Origin: Prevotella sp.
GTDB lineage: Bacteria > Bacteroidota > Bacteroidia > Bacteroidales > Bacteroidaceae
Direction: 5' to 3'
DNA: 64,000 nucleotides
Assembly (NCBI GenBank): GCA_016281815.1
Contig: JAEEJK010000086.1
Coordinates: 27,369-91,368, forward strand
Shown in pieces: positions 7,658 to 17,793 of this stretch. A program made the translations under genes and the position numbers. Under the pieces are notes generated by a model. That model did not search any database, was not told where the DNA came from, and saw only the letters and a program-made list of their open reading frames with translations. Every line of letters begins with the position of its first letter. Position 1 is the first letter of the stretch.

Positions 7658-10600
7658 ATGAAAAGAACACTCATCATCAGCATCTTTGCGAGCGTGCTCC
7701 TCGCCATGCTACCTCTCTCGGTGCAAGCCCAGGGACAGATGGTGAAAGGCACCGTGGTCGACGAGACCGGCGAGCCTGTCATCGGAGCAACCATCAAAAT
7801 AGACGGACAGACATCAGGAGGAACGGTGACCGACCTCGACGGCAACTACGAGTTGGAAGTGCCTGCCGGTTCCAAGATTGTCATCTCCTATATCGGCTAC
7901 CTGACCCAGACGGTGCCTCCGGGAGGCGTGATACGGTTGGTGGAAGACAACCAGAGCCTCGAGGAAGTGGTGGTCGTGGGTTACGGCACCCAGAAGATGA
8001 AAAACGTGACGGGAGCGGTGGAAACCATCTCACCCAAGGATATCCAGGACCTCTCCGTGGGAAGTCTCGGTGATGCCCTCGTGGGCATGTTCAACGGCGT
8101 GAGCGTGAGTGCCAACGGCTACCGTCCCGGTCAGAGTCCCTCACTCAATATCCGCCAGAGCGACGTGCTCGCCACCTCTACCACGCCCGATGCCACCCGC
8201 GGTGGTTCGCCCGACCCCACCCCGCTCTATGTCATCGATGGATTCATCTCCACGGAGAACGCCTTCAACAACCTCGACGTGAGTGAAGTGGAAAGCATCA
8301 CCGTTCTGAAAGATGCCTCTGCCGCCGTCTACGGTGCCCGTGCCGCCTATGGTGTGGTGCTCGTCAAGACGAAGCAAGGCGAGAACAGCGCGCCCAAAAT
8401 CAGTTATTCGGGTCAACTCGGATGGACCGACGCGCTGTACACCCCCAAGATGCTCGACAGTTACGGCTACATGAAGGTGTACAACACCATTCGTGCCGCC
8501 AACACCTCAACGCAGGACAACATCGAACTGCGCACCCAACTCTTCCAGGCCGACGAGATGGAGGCCGCCCGCGGGCTCAACTACGACCTGCTCGGCAAGG
8601 AGTGGAGTTCCGCCCTTACCCAGCGCCACAACCTCAACATCAACGGCGGCAATGACAAGGCCACATACTTTGCCGGAGTATCCTATTATACCCAGGACGG
8701 CAACATCGGCCGCCTCGACTACGACCGTTGGAACTTCCGCGCCGGCCTCAATGCCAAGATCGGACAGTACGTGAAGACCTCCCTGCAGGTGAGCGGTGAC
8801 TGGGGCGAGCAAAACAACTCCACCACACCTCAGGGTGGCGGCACCGACTACGACTACAAATGGCTGATGACCCACCTCCGCTTCGTGCCCGACTATCTGG
8901 GAGACTATCCCATCGTTTACAGCGGCATGGAGAACGGCATCCCCACCAGCGCCACCCAACTCTACAACTTCGCCGCAGTGCAGAGACACAGCGACAACAC
9001 ACAGAACCAGACCAACAACCTCAACATCAGCGGAAGCATCGAGTTTGGCTTCGACTGGATCAAGGCTTTGAAAGGCCTCTCCGCCAAGGTGTCCTACTCC
9101 AAGTCCATCAGCAACAGCAAGAACAATACAGTGCAGACCATCCAGGATGTCTACCGCATGCTGAGTCGCACGGGTTCGGGCGGTCACCTCTACACAGGCG
9201 ACAATGCCGTTTATGACAACAGCAACCTGGGAGTGCTGCGACTGGTCAGCAATGGCGGTCTGCTGAGCCGTACGATGTCGAGAAACGACAGTTATCAGTA
9301 CAACCTCACCCTGCAATACGCCCGCCAGTTCGGTCTGCACGACGTGAGCGGCCTGTTCACACTGGAGAAGACTGAGGCCTGGGGAGAGCCCCTCTATGGC
9401 AGCATCACCGACCTCATCGCCTACCAGGACGGCCAGTCCAGTTCGGGCACCGGCGACAAGGACGTGAGTTTCAACCGCACCGAGAGCGGCATGCTCTCCT
9501 ATGTGGGACGCTTCAATTACGCCTACGCCAGCAAGTATCTCTTTGAGTTCCTCTTCAGAGCAGACGCCTCAACCAAGTTTGCACCGAAGAACTACTGGGG
9601 CAAATTCCCGTCGGTGAGTGCCGGATGGGTCATCTCAGAGGAGAACTGGTTCCAGGAGAAAGTCAAGTGGGTGGACTTCCTGAAAATCCGCGCCTCGTGG
9701 GGTCTGATGGGCCGCGACAATATCCGTGCATGGCTTTGGACACAGTTGTATGAGCGCAATGCCGCCAAGGGCGCCATTTTTGGCAGCAACGGACAGAACA
9801 GCGACGTGGGCTATGCCCTCGTGATGCCCAAGGCCGGTGTCAACAGTGATGTACACTGGGACAAGACGTACAAGACCAACTTCGGTATCGATGCCCACTT
9901 CCTGCGCAACCGCCTGACGTTCGACTTCAACTTCTACTACGACCGCGGACGTGAACTCTTCGCCACCCGCACAGGCACCTCTATGTTTCCTACCACCGTC
10001 GGCACACAGGCCACTCCTGAGAACTACGGTGAGTTGGACGCCTGGGGATGGGAACTTAACGTAGGTTGGCGCGACAAGATCGGCAAGGACTTCAACTACT
10101 GGCTGAAACTCTCCACCGGATACAGCGACAACAAGATGCTCGTGACCAACTTCCAAGCCATCCCCGAATACAATGACATGGTCTACGGCGAGCGCACCGA
10201 CCGTGGTGTGTGGGGCTTCAAGTGCCTCGGCATGTTCCGCAGTTATCAGGACATCGAAGAGTATTTCGACCGCTATGGCATCACGGAATACCTGGGCATG
10301 AGCAAGAGCGAGGTTCGCCCCGGCATGCTCATCTATGAGGACATCCACGGCGACAACAACGGCGACGGGACCTATGCCCCGGCCGACGGCAAGATCACCG
10401 CAGGCAACGACTTCATCCGCCTCTCAGAACATTCCAGCAACCCCTATGGCTGCACGCTCAATCTCGGAGGCAGTTACAAGAGTTTCTCCTTCCAGGCACA
10501 GTTCAACGCCAGTTGGGGAGCCAAGGCTCTGATCGGCACCGATTTCCGTCAGGCAGCCAACAACTATGAGTATGAGAACATGCCCTCTTCGTTCTCCGAC

Positions 10601-10951
10601 ATGTTCAACTACACCGACATCTATGATGCCGTCGGGAATGTCACCGTGCCCGCCAACCGCGCCGCATCGATGCCCAACATGCGTTACGACAAAGTCAATG
10701 CCCAGGCCTCCTCGTTCTGGCTCATCGATGCCAAGAACATCACCCTGCGCAACATCACCGTGGCCTACGCCCTGCCACGCAACTGGCTCAAGCCCCTCGG
10801 CGTGAGCAGCGTGCGCCTTAACCTGACCGTGCAGAATGCCATCAACTTCATCAACAACTACCCCGACAAGAGTTGGGCCTCCTGGGCAGGAAGTTACGGA
10901 CGCTATCCCAACCTTCGCAAGTACACGATGGGTATCAATGTTTCATTCTAA
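7658..10951 (+). CDS. susC: SusC/RagA family TonB-dependent outer membrane transporter (1097 aa)
   Basis: Family-level call. CarboxypepD-like N-domain (VKGTVVDETGEPVIGATI), LEEVVVVGYGTQK, plug motif PLYVIDG...LKDASAAVYGARAAYGVVLVKTK, and a C-terminal barrel strand ending in F. Confidence 0.95.
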   Translation: MKRTLIISIFASVLLAMLPLSVQAQGQMVKGTVVDETGEPVIGATIKIDGQTSGGTVTDLDGNYELEVPAGSKIVISYIGYLTQTVPPGGVIRLVEDNQSLEEVVVVGYGTQKMKNVTGAVETISPKDIQDLSVGSLGDALVGMFNGVSVSANGYRPGQSPSLNIRQSDVLATSTTPDATRGGSPDPTPLYVIDGFISTENAFNNLDVSEVESITVLKDASAAVYGARAAYGVVLVKTKQGENSAPKISYSGQLGWTDALYTPKMLDSYGYMKVYNTIRAANTSTQDNIELRTQLFQADEMEAARGLNYDLLGKEWSSALTQRHNLNINGGNDKATYFAGVSYYTQDGNIGRLDYDRWNFRAGLNAKIGQYVKTSLQVSGDWGEQNNSTTPQGGGTDYDYKWLMTHLRFVPDYLGDYPIVYSGMENGIPTSATQLYNFAAVQRHSDNTQNQTNNLNISGSIEFGFDWIKALKGLSAKVSYSKSISNSKNNTVQTIQDVYRMLSRTGSGGHLYTGDNAVYDNSNLGVLRLVSNGGLLSRTMSRNDSYQYNLTLQYARQFGLHDVSGLFTLEKTEAWGEPLYGSITDLIAYQDGQSSSGTGDKDVSFNRTESGMLSYVGRFNYAYASKYLFEFLFRADASTKFAPKNYWGKFPSVSAGWVISEENWFQEKVKWVDFLKIRASWGLMGRDNIRAWLWTQLYERNAAKGAIFGSNGQNSDVGYALVMPKAGVNSDVHWDKTYKTNFGIDAHFLRNRLTFDFNFYYDRGRELFATRTGTSMFPTTVGTQATPENYGELDAWGWELNVGWRDKIGKDFNYWLKLSTGYSDNKMLVTNFQAIPEYNDMVYGERTDRGVWGFKCLGMFRSYQDIEEYFDRYGITEYLGMSKSEVRPGMLIYEDIHGDNNGDGTYAPADGKITAGNDFIRLSEHSSNPYGCTLNLGGSYKSFSFQAQFNASWGAKALIGTDFRQAANNYEYENMPSSFSDMFNYTDIYDAVGNVTVPANRAASMPNMRYDKVNAQASSFWLIDAKNITLRNITVAYALPRNWLKPLGVSSVRLNLTVQNAINFINNYPDKSWASWAGSYGRYPNLRKYTMGINVSF

Positions 10952-10973
10952 CTTAATGATGAGGAAAAAAAAG

Positions 10974-13220
10974 ATGAACAGCAAGAATATATTAGCATCG
11001 GCCCTCGTGCTCGGAACCGTCGCCCTCGGCATCTCTTCATGCAGCGACGATTTCCTGAGAGAGAAGAAAAACTACGGCAACTTCAACCAGACGACGGCCT
11101 ACAGCGACTACAACGGGGCACAGGAGCGTGTGAACAACCTCTATTACTGGATGCTCCCCACCTCCGACGGCGGTGACGGCAACGGCACCAACAAGCCCAA
11201 CGACTGGACTCCTGTGGGCAATCCCGACAAATGGTCGAAGAGCACCGAGGAGTTTGGAGGATTCTCCATTTTCGTCAACCCCGAGGAGGAGATCACCTAC
11301 AACTACACCACCAGCAACTTCGATTTCTTCTACGTCGCCAATGATGTCTACAGTCCGTGGGGACATATCCGCAACTGCAACGACGTCATCGAGAATGTGG
11401 AGAAATCAGAGACCATCAACGAAGAGCAGAAAAAGGAACTGCTCGGTCAGGCATACTTCTTCCGCGCCTACATGTATTATCACCTGGTGACCATCTATGG
11501 CGGTGTGCCCATCGTCGACCGCGTGCAGGATCCCATCCTCGGCAAGGACGGCGACGGTTCCGACCTCATCATCCCGCGCCAGACCACCAAGGACTGCATC
11601 GACTTCATCTGCCAGGACTTCCAGAGAGCAGCCGAGATGCTGCCCGCACGATGGACCAACGACGCCAACGATTTCGGGCGCATCACCTCGGGACTGGCCC
11701 AGGCTTTCCTTGGCAAGACATTGCTCTACTGGGCAAGTCCAGTGTTCAACCGCGCCGATGACGCATCACGCTGGGAGAATGCCTACGTCGCCAACAAGGC
11801 CGCCCTTGAAAAACTGCAGGCCGGAGGCTTCGGACTGACCTATCAAGGCAACAGCGGCATCAATGCCGCCAACTGGGCACGTCAGTGGATGGACTACACC
11901 GGCAGCGACGGCAGTGTGAGCGAAGCCGTGTTTATCACCCTTCACAACACGAAGGACAACGTGTCGGGGCAGCCCGACTATGGCAAATACAACCGTTGGG
12001 AGCACAGCATCCGTCCCCGCAACGCCAATGGCGGAGGAGGCTACACCCCCACAGCCGAGATGGTCGACCTCTTCCCCATGGCCGACGGTCTCAAGCCCGG
12101 AGAGAGCAGCATCGCCTACGACAAACTGAAGTTCTGGCTCAACCGCGACCCACGCTTCTACCGCACCTTCGCCTTCCCCGGTGTGCAGTGGCAGTGGAGC
12201 GAGGGAGGCGTGAGTCTCTCCGACCCCTCACTCGTGGGTATCATCCCCACCGATGTCTACACCACCGGCCGCAACTATTCCCTGTGGAGTTATATGTGGA
12301 ACGACAACGAGGAGGACCTCACCAAAGTATCCACCTCCAATGGCTACTGGGCCGACCTGCTCACACAGACCAGCGACAAGGGCAGCAGCCACTCTGTGTA
12401 TGTGCGCAAGCGCACCGATGACCTCCACCTCCACTCCACCCCGTTCTATGAGTACATCAACAGCCAGAGCAACCCGAAGGGATTCATGAAGAATGCCGCC
12501 CCGCTGCTCGCCATGCGCTATGCCGAGGTGCTTCTCAACTTCGCCGAGGCAGCCTGCGGCGCAGGTCACTACGACGAGGCACTCCGCGCTTTGCAGCAGA
12601 TCCGCGCCCGGGTGGGATATACCGCAGAGAAGAACTACGGTCTGCCAGCCAGCATCGGCAGCGACCGCGCCAGCCTCTTTGCCGCCATCCTCTATGAGCG
12701 GCAGATAGAACTGGCCTATGAAGGCAACCGCTACGGCGACATGCACCGATGGATGCTCTTCGACGGCGGACAAGGACAGGGAAGCATCAAACCGTCGTGG
12801 GCACTCACTGGTTTTGGCGGCAACACCTGCAGTTATCTCGGCGTGAAGCCCCTCAACGGCACGAAACGCCACCAGATCGTGCTCTACTGCACCTCTGTCG
12901 GTGCCACCGACCCGACCACCGGTCTGAGACCAGAGGCATTGTCACTCGACGAGGACATGACCTACAGCAATGGTGTCTACAACGATGAGAAGGTGCAGAA
13001 ACTGGCAGAGTTCTATCAGACCTATCTGGCCCGCAAGGACGCCAATCTCGACGGCAACGATGATGCCCTCACCATCCAATACCGTCCGACCTACTACTTC
13101 CTCGGTCTTCGTCAGAACGCCATGCAGACCAATCCCACGCTCCATCAGACGGTGGGATGGCATGACCTCGGACGCAATGCCGACGGACTGTTCGACCCCC
13201 TCTCTGACACACTGCCCTGA
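10974..13220 (+). CDS. susD: RagB/SusD family glycan-binding lipoprotein; ORF track start 10836
   Basis: Family-level call. Lipobox GISS-C-SDDFL, GQAYFFRAYMYYHLVTIYGGVPIV, RDPRFY, MRYAEVLLNFAEA, ERQIELAYEGNRYGDMHRW. Confidence 0.95.
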   Translation: MNSKNILASALVLGTVALGISSCSDDFLREKKNYGNFNQTTAYSDYNGAQERVNNLYYWMLPTSDGGDGNGTNKPNDWTPVGNPDKWSKSTEEFGGFSIFVNPEEEITYNYTTSNFDFFYVANDVYSPWGHIRNCNDVIENVEKSETINEEQKKELLGQAYFFRAYMYYHLVTIYGGVPIVDRVQDPILGKDGDGSDLIIPRQTTKDCIDFICQDFQRAAEMLPARWTNDANDFGRITSGLAQAFLGKTLLYWASPVFNRADDASRWENAYVANKAALEKLQAGGFGLTYQGNSGINAANWARQWMDYTGSDGSVSEAVFITLHNTKDNVSGQPDYGKYNRWEHSIRPRNANGGGGYTPTAEMVDLFPMADGLKPGESSIAYDKLKFWLNRDPRFYRTFAFPGVQWQWSEGGVSLSDPSLVGIIPTDVYTTGRNYSLWSYMWNDNEEDLTKVSTSNGYWADLLTQTSDKGSSHSVYVRKRTDDLHLHSTPFYEYINSQSNPKGFMKNAAPLLAMRYAEVLLNFAEAACGAGHYDEALRALQQIRARVGYTAEKNYGLPASIGSDRASLFAAILYERQIELAYEGNRYGDMHRWMLFDGGQGQGSIKPSWALTGFGGNTCSYLGVKPLNGTKRHQIVLYCTSVGATDPTTGLRPEALSLDEDMTYSNGVYNDEKVQKLAEFYQTYLARKDANLDGNDDALTIQYRPTYYFLGLRQNAMQTNPTLHQTVGWHDLGRNADGLFDPLSDTLP

Positions 13221-13239
13221 ACGCATCACAGATGATATG

Positions 13240-13274
13240 GAAGGATGAAGGCTTGCGGCCTTCATCCTTCTTTT
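13240..13274 (+). terminator. Intrinsic terminator after susD
   Basis: Perfect 13-bp stem GAAGGATGAAGGC/GCCTTCATCCTTC with a 5-nt loop, followed by TTTT. Confidence 0.85.
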
Positions 13275-13353
13275 CTGACCTGCAAAAAATATAGAGGATT
13301 TCATCCAAGATCCATCTTTTTTTCCTATTTTTGCAAAAAACTTACTCAACTAT

Positions 13354-13503
13354 AGTTGGGAGTGTAGGAGTGTGGATGTTTAGGAGTGTAGGAGTGTAGA
13401 CATTACTTTTGCAAGTCATAGCCTATACTGACGATGAATAATCAGTTCTATCGTCTAAACTCCAAATCTCCTTAACTCCTAAACTCCAAAAAGTTGAGCA
13501 AAT
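13354..13503. repeat. ~150-bp intergenic repeat with complementary octamer-repeat arms (copy A, uninterrupted)
   Basis: (GGAGTGTA)n left arm, conserved core CATTACT..GCAAGTCATAGCCTATAC..ACGATGAAT.ATCAGTTCTAT, and (TAAACTCC)-like right arm. A second copy lies at 46282-46620. Confidence 0.85.
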
Positions 13504-14188
13504 GCGAAACTTGAAAAAAATTACAATGAGACCATTCACCGAGAAAACTGCATTTCTGTTGTTATTCCTAACAGCATTTTCATGGATGACGAAAGCCCAT
13601 GCCCAGGCTTTCGAATATCCGGAATACTCCGACAGCACCATCAAGATCAGTGTGGCGTTCAGCGGCAGCCGTCCTACCATTGTTGATTTTGCCACCGCCT
13701 ATCTGGACTTCGCACAGAAAGAACATGAATTCTTCGGTCAGGTGAACAAAGAATGGAAAAAACACCTGCAGAAGAAGCCTCTCAGCAAGAACTGCAGCAT
13801 CCTCACCGATGTCAAGAACGGCTACATGTGCTATCAGAAAGACCATTTTAACGAAAGCGACACCATCATCATGGAGATGTGTTTCTGGAACTGTGCGGAT
13901 GGAAAGCAAAAACTGGTTGCCGCCAACACCATATGGAAGATGGATGGCGATTATGGATGGGATGAATATATTGGAACCAGATTCTTTGTCTACAACAACA
14001 AGAAGAAAGAGATGCGGCCCGTATTTTCAGATGACATTGGAGCGCTGTACGACGGCGACGGTCTGAGTGTCTTCTTCCTTCCCCGCAAGGGCAAGAACAT
14101 ACAGGTCTCTGCTGCTGGCAGTGGCGAGCGATGGAACGAAGTGCTGGAATGGGACGGTTTTAAGTTCTCTTCCAAAGAAATAGAATAA
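13502..14188 (+). CDS. Hypothetical exported protein (228 aa; alternative start 13526)
   Basis: Clean ORF with a signal-peptide-like N-terminus (AFLLLFLTAFSWMTKAHAQ). No recognised domain. Confidence 0.65.
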   Translation: MRNLKKITMRPFTEKTAFLLLFLTAFSWMTKAHAQAFEYPEYSDSTIKISVAFSGSRPTIVDFATAYLDFAQKEHEFFGQVNKEWKKHLQKKPLSKNCSILTDVKNGYMCYQKDHFNESDTIIMEMCFWNCADGKQKLVAANTIWKMDGDYGWDEYIGTRFFVYNNKKKEMRPVFSDDIGALYDGDGLSVFFLPRKGKNIQVSAAGSGERWNEVLEWDGFKFSSKEIE

Positions 14189-14215
14189 GAGCATTTTTCT
14201 CTTCTGTAAGTTGAC

Positions 14216-14250
14216 AGTAGTTAAAGTAGTTAAAGTAGTTAAGTAGTTAA
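14216..14250 (+). repeat. Short tandem repeat AGTAGTTAA x3 plus a partial copy
   Basis: Read directly; ends 5 bp before the next start codon. Confidence 0.8.
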
Positions 14251-14255
14251 GCCAT

Positions 14256-17200
14256 ATGAATCGTTCGTCGGTATCAATTTTTGTGATGTTGGTGTTTCTC
14301 ATGCTTTGCGGGAACGCGACTGCCCAGAAGAAACCCAAGAAAGAACTGTATGTGCCGATGGACTATTCCACCTGCGGATACCACGCATCGGAGTGTCTCA
14401 TCCCCCATGTGCCTGCAGCCATCCGTCTGACCTGGCAGAAAGGAGACTGCACAGAGATGATCCAGCACGCCATCGACCAGGTGTCGGCCATGAAAGCCGA
14501 TGCCGACGGTCACCGCGGCAGCGTGGTGCTTGGCGAAGGCGAATGGCACATCAGTCAGCCGCTGCGCATCACCACGTCGGGCGTCGTGCTCAGGGGCATG
14601 GGCAGAAACAGCACCACCCTGGTGGGAGACGGTGTGGAAAGAGGCGCCATCATCTATATCGAAGGCAGCCATCACAGACCTGATGCACAACCCGGCAACA
14701 AGAAAAACACCCCAAGAGTGCTCGCGCCCAGAGACACCTTTTGGCTGAGCAGCGACAAGGTGCAAGCCGGCAGCACAAGACTGACACTTGCCCAGGCCAC
14801 AGACCGGTTGCATCCCGGCGACCGCATCAGCATCGTCAGGCCCTGCACACGTGCCTGGATAGAGCATCTCAACATGTATGACTTCGGAGGAGGACTTGAC
14901 TTCACCGGATGGAAACCCACGGACATCGACATCACCTGGAACCGCACCATCACCGCCATCGACGGCAGCACGCTTCAAATCGACGCCCCCATCACCACCA
15001 CCCTCAGCAGCGAGTGGGGAGGAGCCTATATCATGGGCAGCCCTCACGACGGAGAACTGACCGAGTGCGGCATTGAACACCTAAGCATCGAGTCCGCTGT
15101 CAACGACTGGAACCCCAAGGACGAGGACCACCCGTGGGACGGTATCTGTATCGACCGCGCACGCGACTGCTGGGTGCGCATGGTCAGTTTCCGACACCTC
15201 GCAGGCAGTGCCGTCAACCTGCAGAAAGCCACCAGCCGCATCACCGTGGAGGACTGCATCGCCACCGAACCCGTTTCTGAAGTCGGCGGATGGCGCCGTC
15301 AGGTGTTCCTCACCCGTGGACAGCAGACGCTCTTCCAGCGCTGCGTCTCCCGCCAGGGCATCCATGATTTCGCCGCTGGCTACTGCGCGGCAGGTCCCAA
15401 CGCCTTTGTGCAGTGCGAGGGAGAGGAGTCGCTTGGATTCAGCGGCAGCATCGGATCGTGGGCCGCCGGCCTGCTCTTCGATATTGTCAACATCGACGGC
15501 CACAACCTCCGCTACGCCAACCTGGAGCAGTTTCAGACCGGCACCGGTTGGAACACCGCCAACTCGATGTTCTGGCAATGCACCGCAGCAGGCATCGACT
15601 GCTATTCGCCCGATGCAGACAACCGCAACAGCGCGCACGGTTGCTGGGGCATACTCACCGGCAACGGGGAATGGACCAGCAGCAACGACCACGTCAACCC
15701 CCGTTCACTCTTTTATGACCAACTGGCACGCCGTCTCTCCGACCGCGCCGACGCCAAGGAACTGGTCGCTCGCCTTGCCCATATCCTTCCCCGTTCCCTC
15801 GAAGCCACCACATCGCCCACGGTGGAGCAAGCCATGAAGATGGCCCAGGAGTCGCTCACCACCCCCCGTCTCACCCTTGAGATGTGGATCGACAGCATCG
15901 AAGCCTCCACCTGGCAAGCCGATGACCTCCGCAATAAAAATGCCTCCCCCAAGAACAAGACCGTCCAAAAGGAGAAATCCATCAAGGGGACGAACCCTCC
16001 GACAGACATCACCATCGTCGACGCACACCTTGCCCAGGACGGGATGCTCATCACCGGCAACCAATACAATATCCCCTGGTGGAACGGGCGCGTGAAGGAC
16101 AATGTCGTCAGACGCGATGGCCGCCCCGCCCTCACGCGATTTGTGCCAGGCCGTGAAGGCACGGGATGGACCGACCGTCTCGACAGTGTGGTCAACTATC
16201 TCAAGACCCACCATCAGGCATCACTTGACCATCACTATGGGCTGTGGTATGACCTGCGCCGCACCGACCATGAGCGGGTGCGCCGCGCCGACGGCGACGT
16301 GTGGGCACCCTTCTATGAGCAGCCCTTTGCCCGCAGCGGACAGGGCACCGCCTGGGACGGACTGTCGCGCTACGACCTCACCCGTCCCAACCGCTGGTAC
16401 TGGAACCGCCTGCAGACCTTCGCCGAGAAGGCAGCCCCCGCAGGCATTCTCCTCTTCCACGAGCACTATTTCCAGCACAACATCCTCGAGGCCGGCGCCC
16501 ACTGGGTGGACTGCCCGTGGCGGCCTGTGAACAACATCAACGGCACCGACTTCCCCGAGCCAGTTCCCTTCGCGGGAGACAAGCGCATCTTCCTCGCCGA
16601 GCAGTTCTACAACGAGCAGAACGACATCCTCCGTCCGCTTCACAAGCAGTATATCCGCATGAGTCTTGAGCAACTGAAGGACCATCCCAATGTGGTGCAC
16701 CTCATCAGCGCCGAATACACCGGTCCGCTCCACTTCACCCGATTCTGGTTGGAGACCATCGCCGAATGGGAAGCAGAGACAGGACAGCACCCCTTGATAG
16801 CCCTGAGTTGCACCCGCGATGTGCAGGACAGCATCATGGCCGACCCACGGCTTGCCCAGGTGGTGGACATCATCGACATCCGCTACTGGCACTACAACAC
16901 CAAAGGTCTGTGGGCGCCCCAAGGAGGTCGCAACATGGCACCGCGCCAATGGATGCGCAAGATGCCCGCTGGCAAGACCGGTTTCGCCGAAGTCTACCAG
17001 GCCGTCAGCGAATGTCGCCGCCTATACCCCGGCAAAGCCGTCACCTATTATGCCCAGCAGTATCCCGAAAACGGATGGGCGGTGCTCTTCGCAGGAGGGT
17101 CGTTGCCCAACATCCCCCTCCGCGCCAGTGATGCCACCCCATTGCAACAAACACTGCTCTCCGACCTGTGCCACATGAAACCCATGGACGGAGAAGGCTG

Positions 17201-17408
17201 TCTCGCCCTCGGCGGCCCTGCTGTGGGCTACCTCATCCAAACCCAAGAAGGCAAGGCGACCATTGCTGTAGAGCCTGGCCGATATGAGGTGTATGCCATC
17301 AATGCCAGAACCGGCGCCATCACCCAGACCACCTCCAGCGCCACGCTCAGCGGGACATACGCCACAGAAGGAGGACAGAGACAGATCGTTTGGTTAAAAA
17401 GGAAATAA
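14256..17408 (+). CDS. Exported pectin-lyase-like beta-helix protein with a DUF6298-like C-terminal region (1050 aa)
   Basis: Signal peptide; N-terminal DYSTCGYHA..IP..DCTEMIQHAID..G.VVLGEGEW.ISQPLRITTSGVVLRG typical of beta-helix enzymes; a separate ~400-aa C-terminal domain (LDHHYGLWYDLRRTDH, YFQHNILEAGAHWVD). Confidence 0.6.
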   Translation: MNRSSVSIFVMLVFLMLCGNATAQKKPKKELYVPMDYSTCGYHASECLIPHVPAAIRLTWQKGDCTEMIQHAIDQVSAMKADADGHRGSVVLGEGEWHISQPLRITTSGVVLRGMGRNSTTLVGDGVERGAIIYIEGSHHRPDAQPGNKKNTPRVLAPRDTFWLSSDKVQAGSTRLTLAQATDRLHPGDRISIVRPCTRAWIEHLNMYDFGGGLDFTGWKPTDIDITWNRTITAIDGSTLQIDAPITTTLSSEWGGAYIMGSPHDGELTECGIEHLSIESAVNDWNPKDEDHPWDGICIDRARDCWVRMVSFRHLAGSAVNLQKATSRITVEDCIATEPVSEVGGWRRQVFLTRGQQTLFQRCVSRQGIHDFAAGYCAAGPNAFVQCEGEESLGFSGSIGSWAAGLLFDIVNIDGHNLRYANLEQFQTGTGWNTANSMFWQCTAAGIDCYSPDADNRNSAHGCWGILTGNGEWTSSNDHVNPRSLFYDQLARRLSDRADAKELVARLAHILPRSLEATTSPTVEQAMKMAQESLTTPRLTLEMWIDSIEASTWQADDLRNKNASPKNKTVQKEKSIKGTNPPTDITIVDAHLAQDGMLITGNQYNIPWWNGRVKDNVVRRDGRPALTRFVPGREGTGWTDRLDSVVNYLKTHHQASLDHHYGLWYDLRRTDHERVRRADGDVWAPFYEQPFARSGQGTAWDGLSRYDLTRPNRWYWNRLQTFAEKAAPAGILLFHEHYFQHNILEAGAHWVDCPWRPVNNINGTDFPEPVPFAGDKRIFLAEQFYNEQNDILRPLHKQYIRMSLEQLKDHPNVVHLISAEYTGPLHFTRFWLETIAEWEAETGQHPLIALSCTRDVQDSIMADPRLAQVVDIIDIRYWHYNTKGLWAPQGGRNMAPRQWMRKMPAGKTGFAEVYQAVSECRRLYPGKAVTYYAQQYPENGWAVLFAGGSLPNIPLRASDATPLQQTLLSDLCHMKPMDGEGCLALGGPAVGYLIQTQEGKATIAVEPGRYEVYAINARTGAITQTTSSATLSGTYATEGGQRQIVWLKRK

Positions 17409-17448
17409 GCAAAGAAAAATTGTCTCAGCCACAACGCTGAAAAGATGT

Positions 17449-17643
17449 GTAACTACTCAGCACCCTCTAGTAAACATGTTCGACAAATTAGAAAAGTAGT
17501 CGCCTATGGCGAGAAATTTTAAGAAAATGTTTAAGAAAATTATAAGAAAATATTTTTTTACCATTTTTTTATTCATTTTTTTATAATTTCTGCCCGTCAG
17601 GGCACTCCTAAGTACATTAATTCTGAGGGTGCTGAGTAGTTAC
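17449..17643. mobile_element. MITE-like element, 195 bp, with terminal inverted repeats and an 8-bp target duplication
   Basis: Perfect 20-bp IR TGTAACTACTCAGCACCCTC (17448-17467) / GAGGGTGCTGAGTAGTTACA (17625-17644). Flanks AAAGATGT / AAAAATGT. Shares its core with 46411-46604 in inverted orientation. Confidence 0.8.
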
Positions 17644-17734
17644 AAAAATGTTTATTTGTTCCTAAAAGGATAGAAAAAACGAAATTTGGTCAAAAAAAAG
17701 ACTGATTGCAGGTTGAAATATCAAAAATTGATGT

Positions 17735-17742
17735 TATATTTG
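17735..17742 (+). promoter_or_regulatory. -7 promoter box TATATTTG upstream of the ECF sigma gene
   Basis: Matches TAnnTTTG(C). Confidence 0.6.
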
Positions 17743-17793
17743 CAATCGAGAACCTATCTTTGCACCAAATCTACTTAAAAGCTATCCAACCTG

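Noticed and set aside
17448-17644. Invertible promoter (phase-variable switch) upstream of the ECF sigma
   Set aside because: The flanks form an 8-bp target duplication, a related copy sits at 46.4 kb, the -7 box lies outside the IRs, and no recombinase is nearby. A MITE is the simpler reading, though inversion is not excluded without reads.
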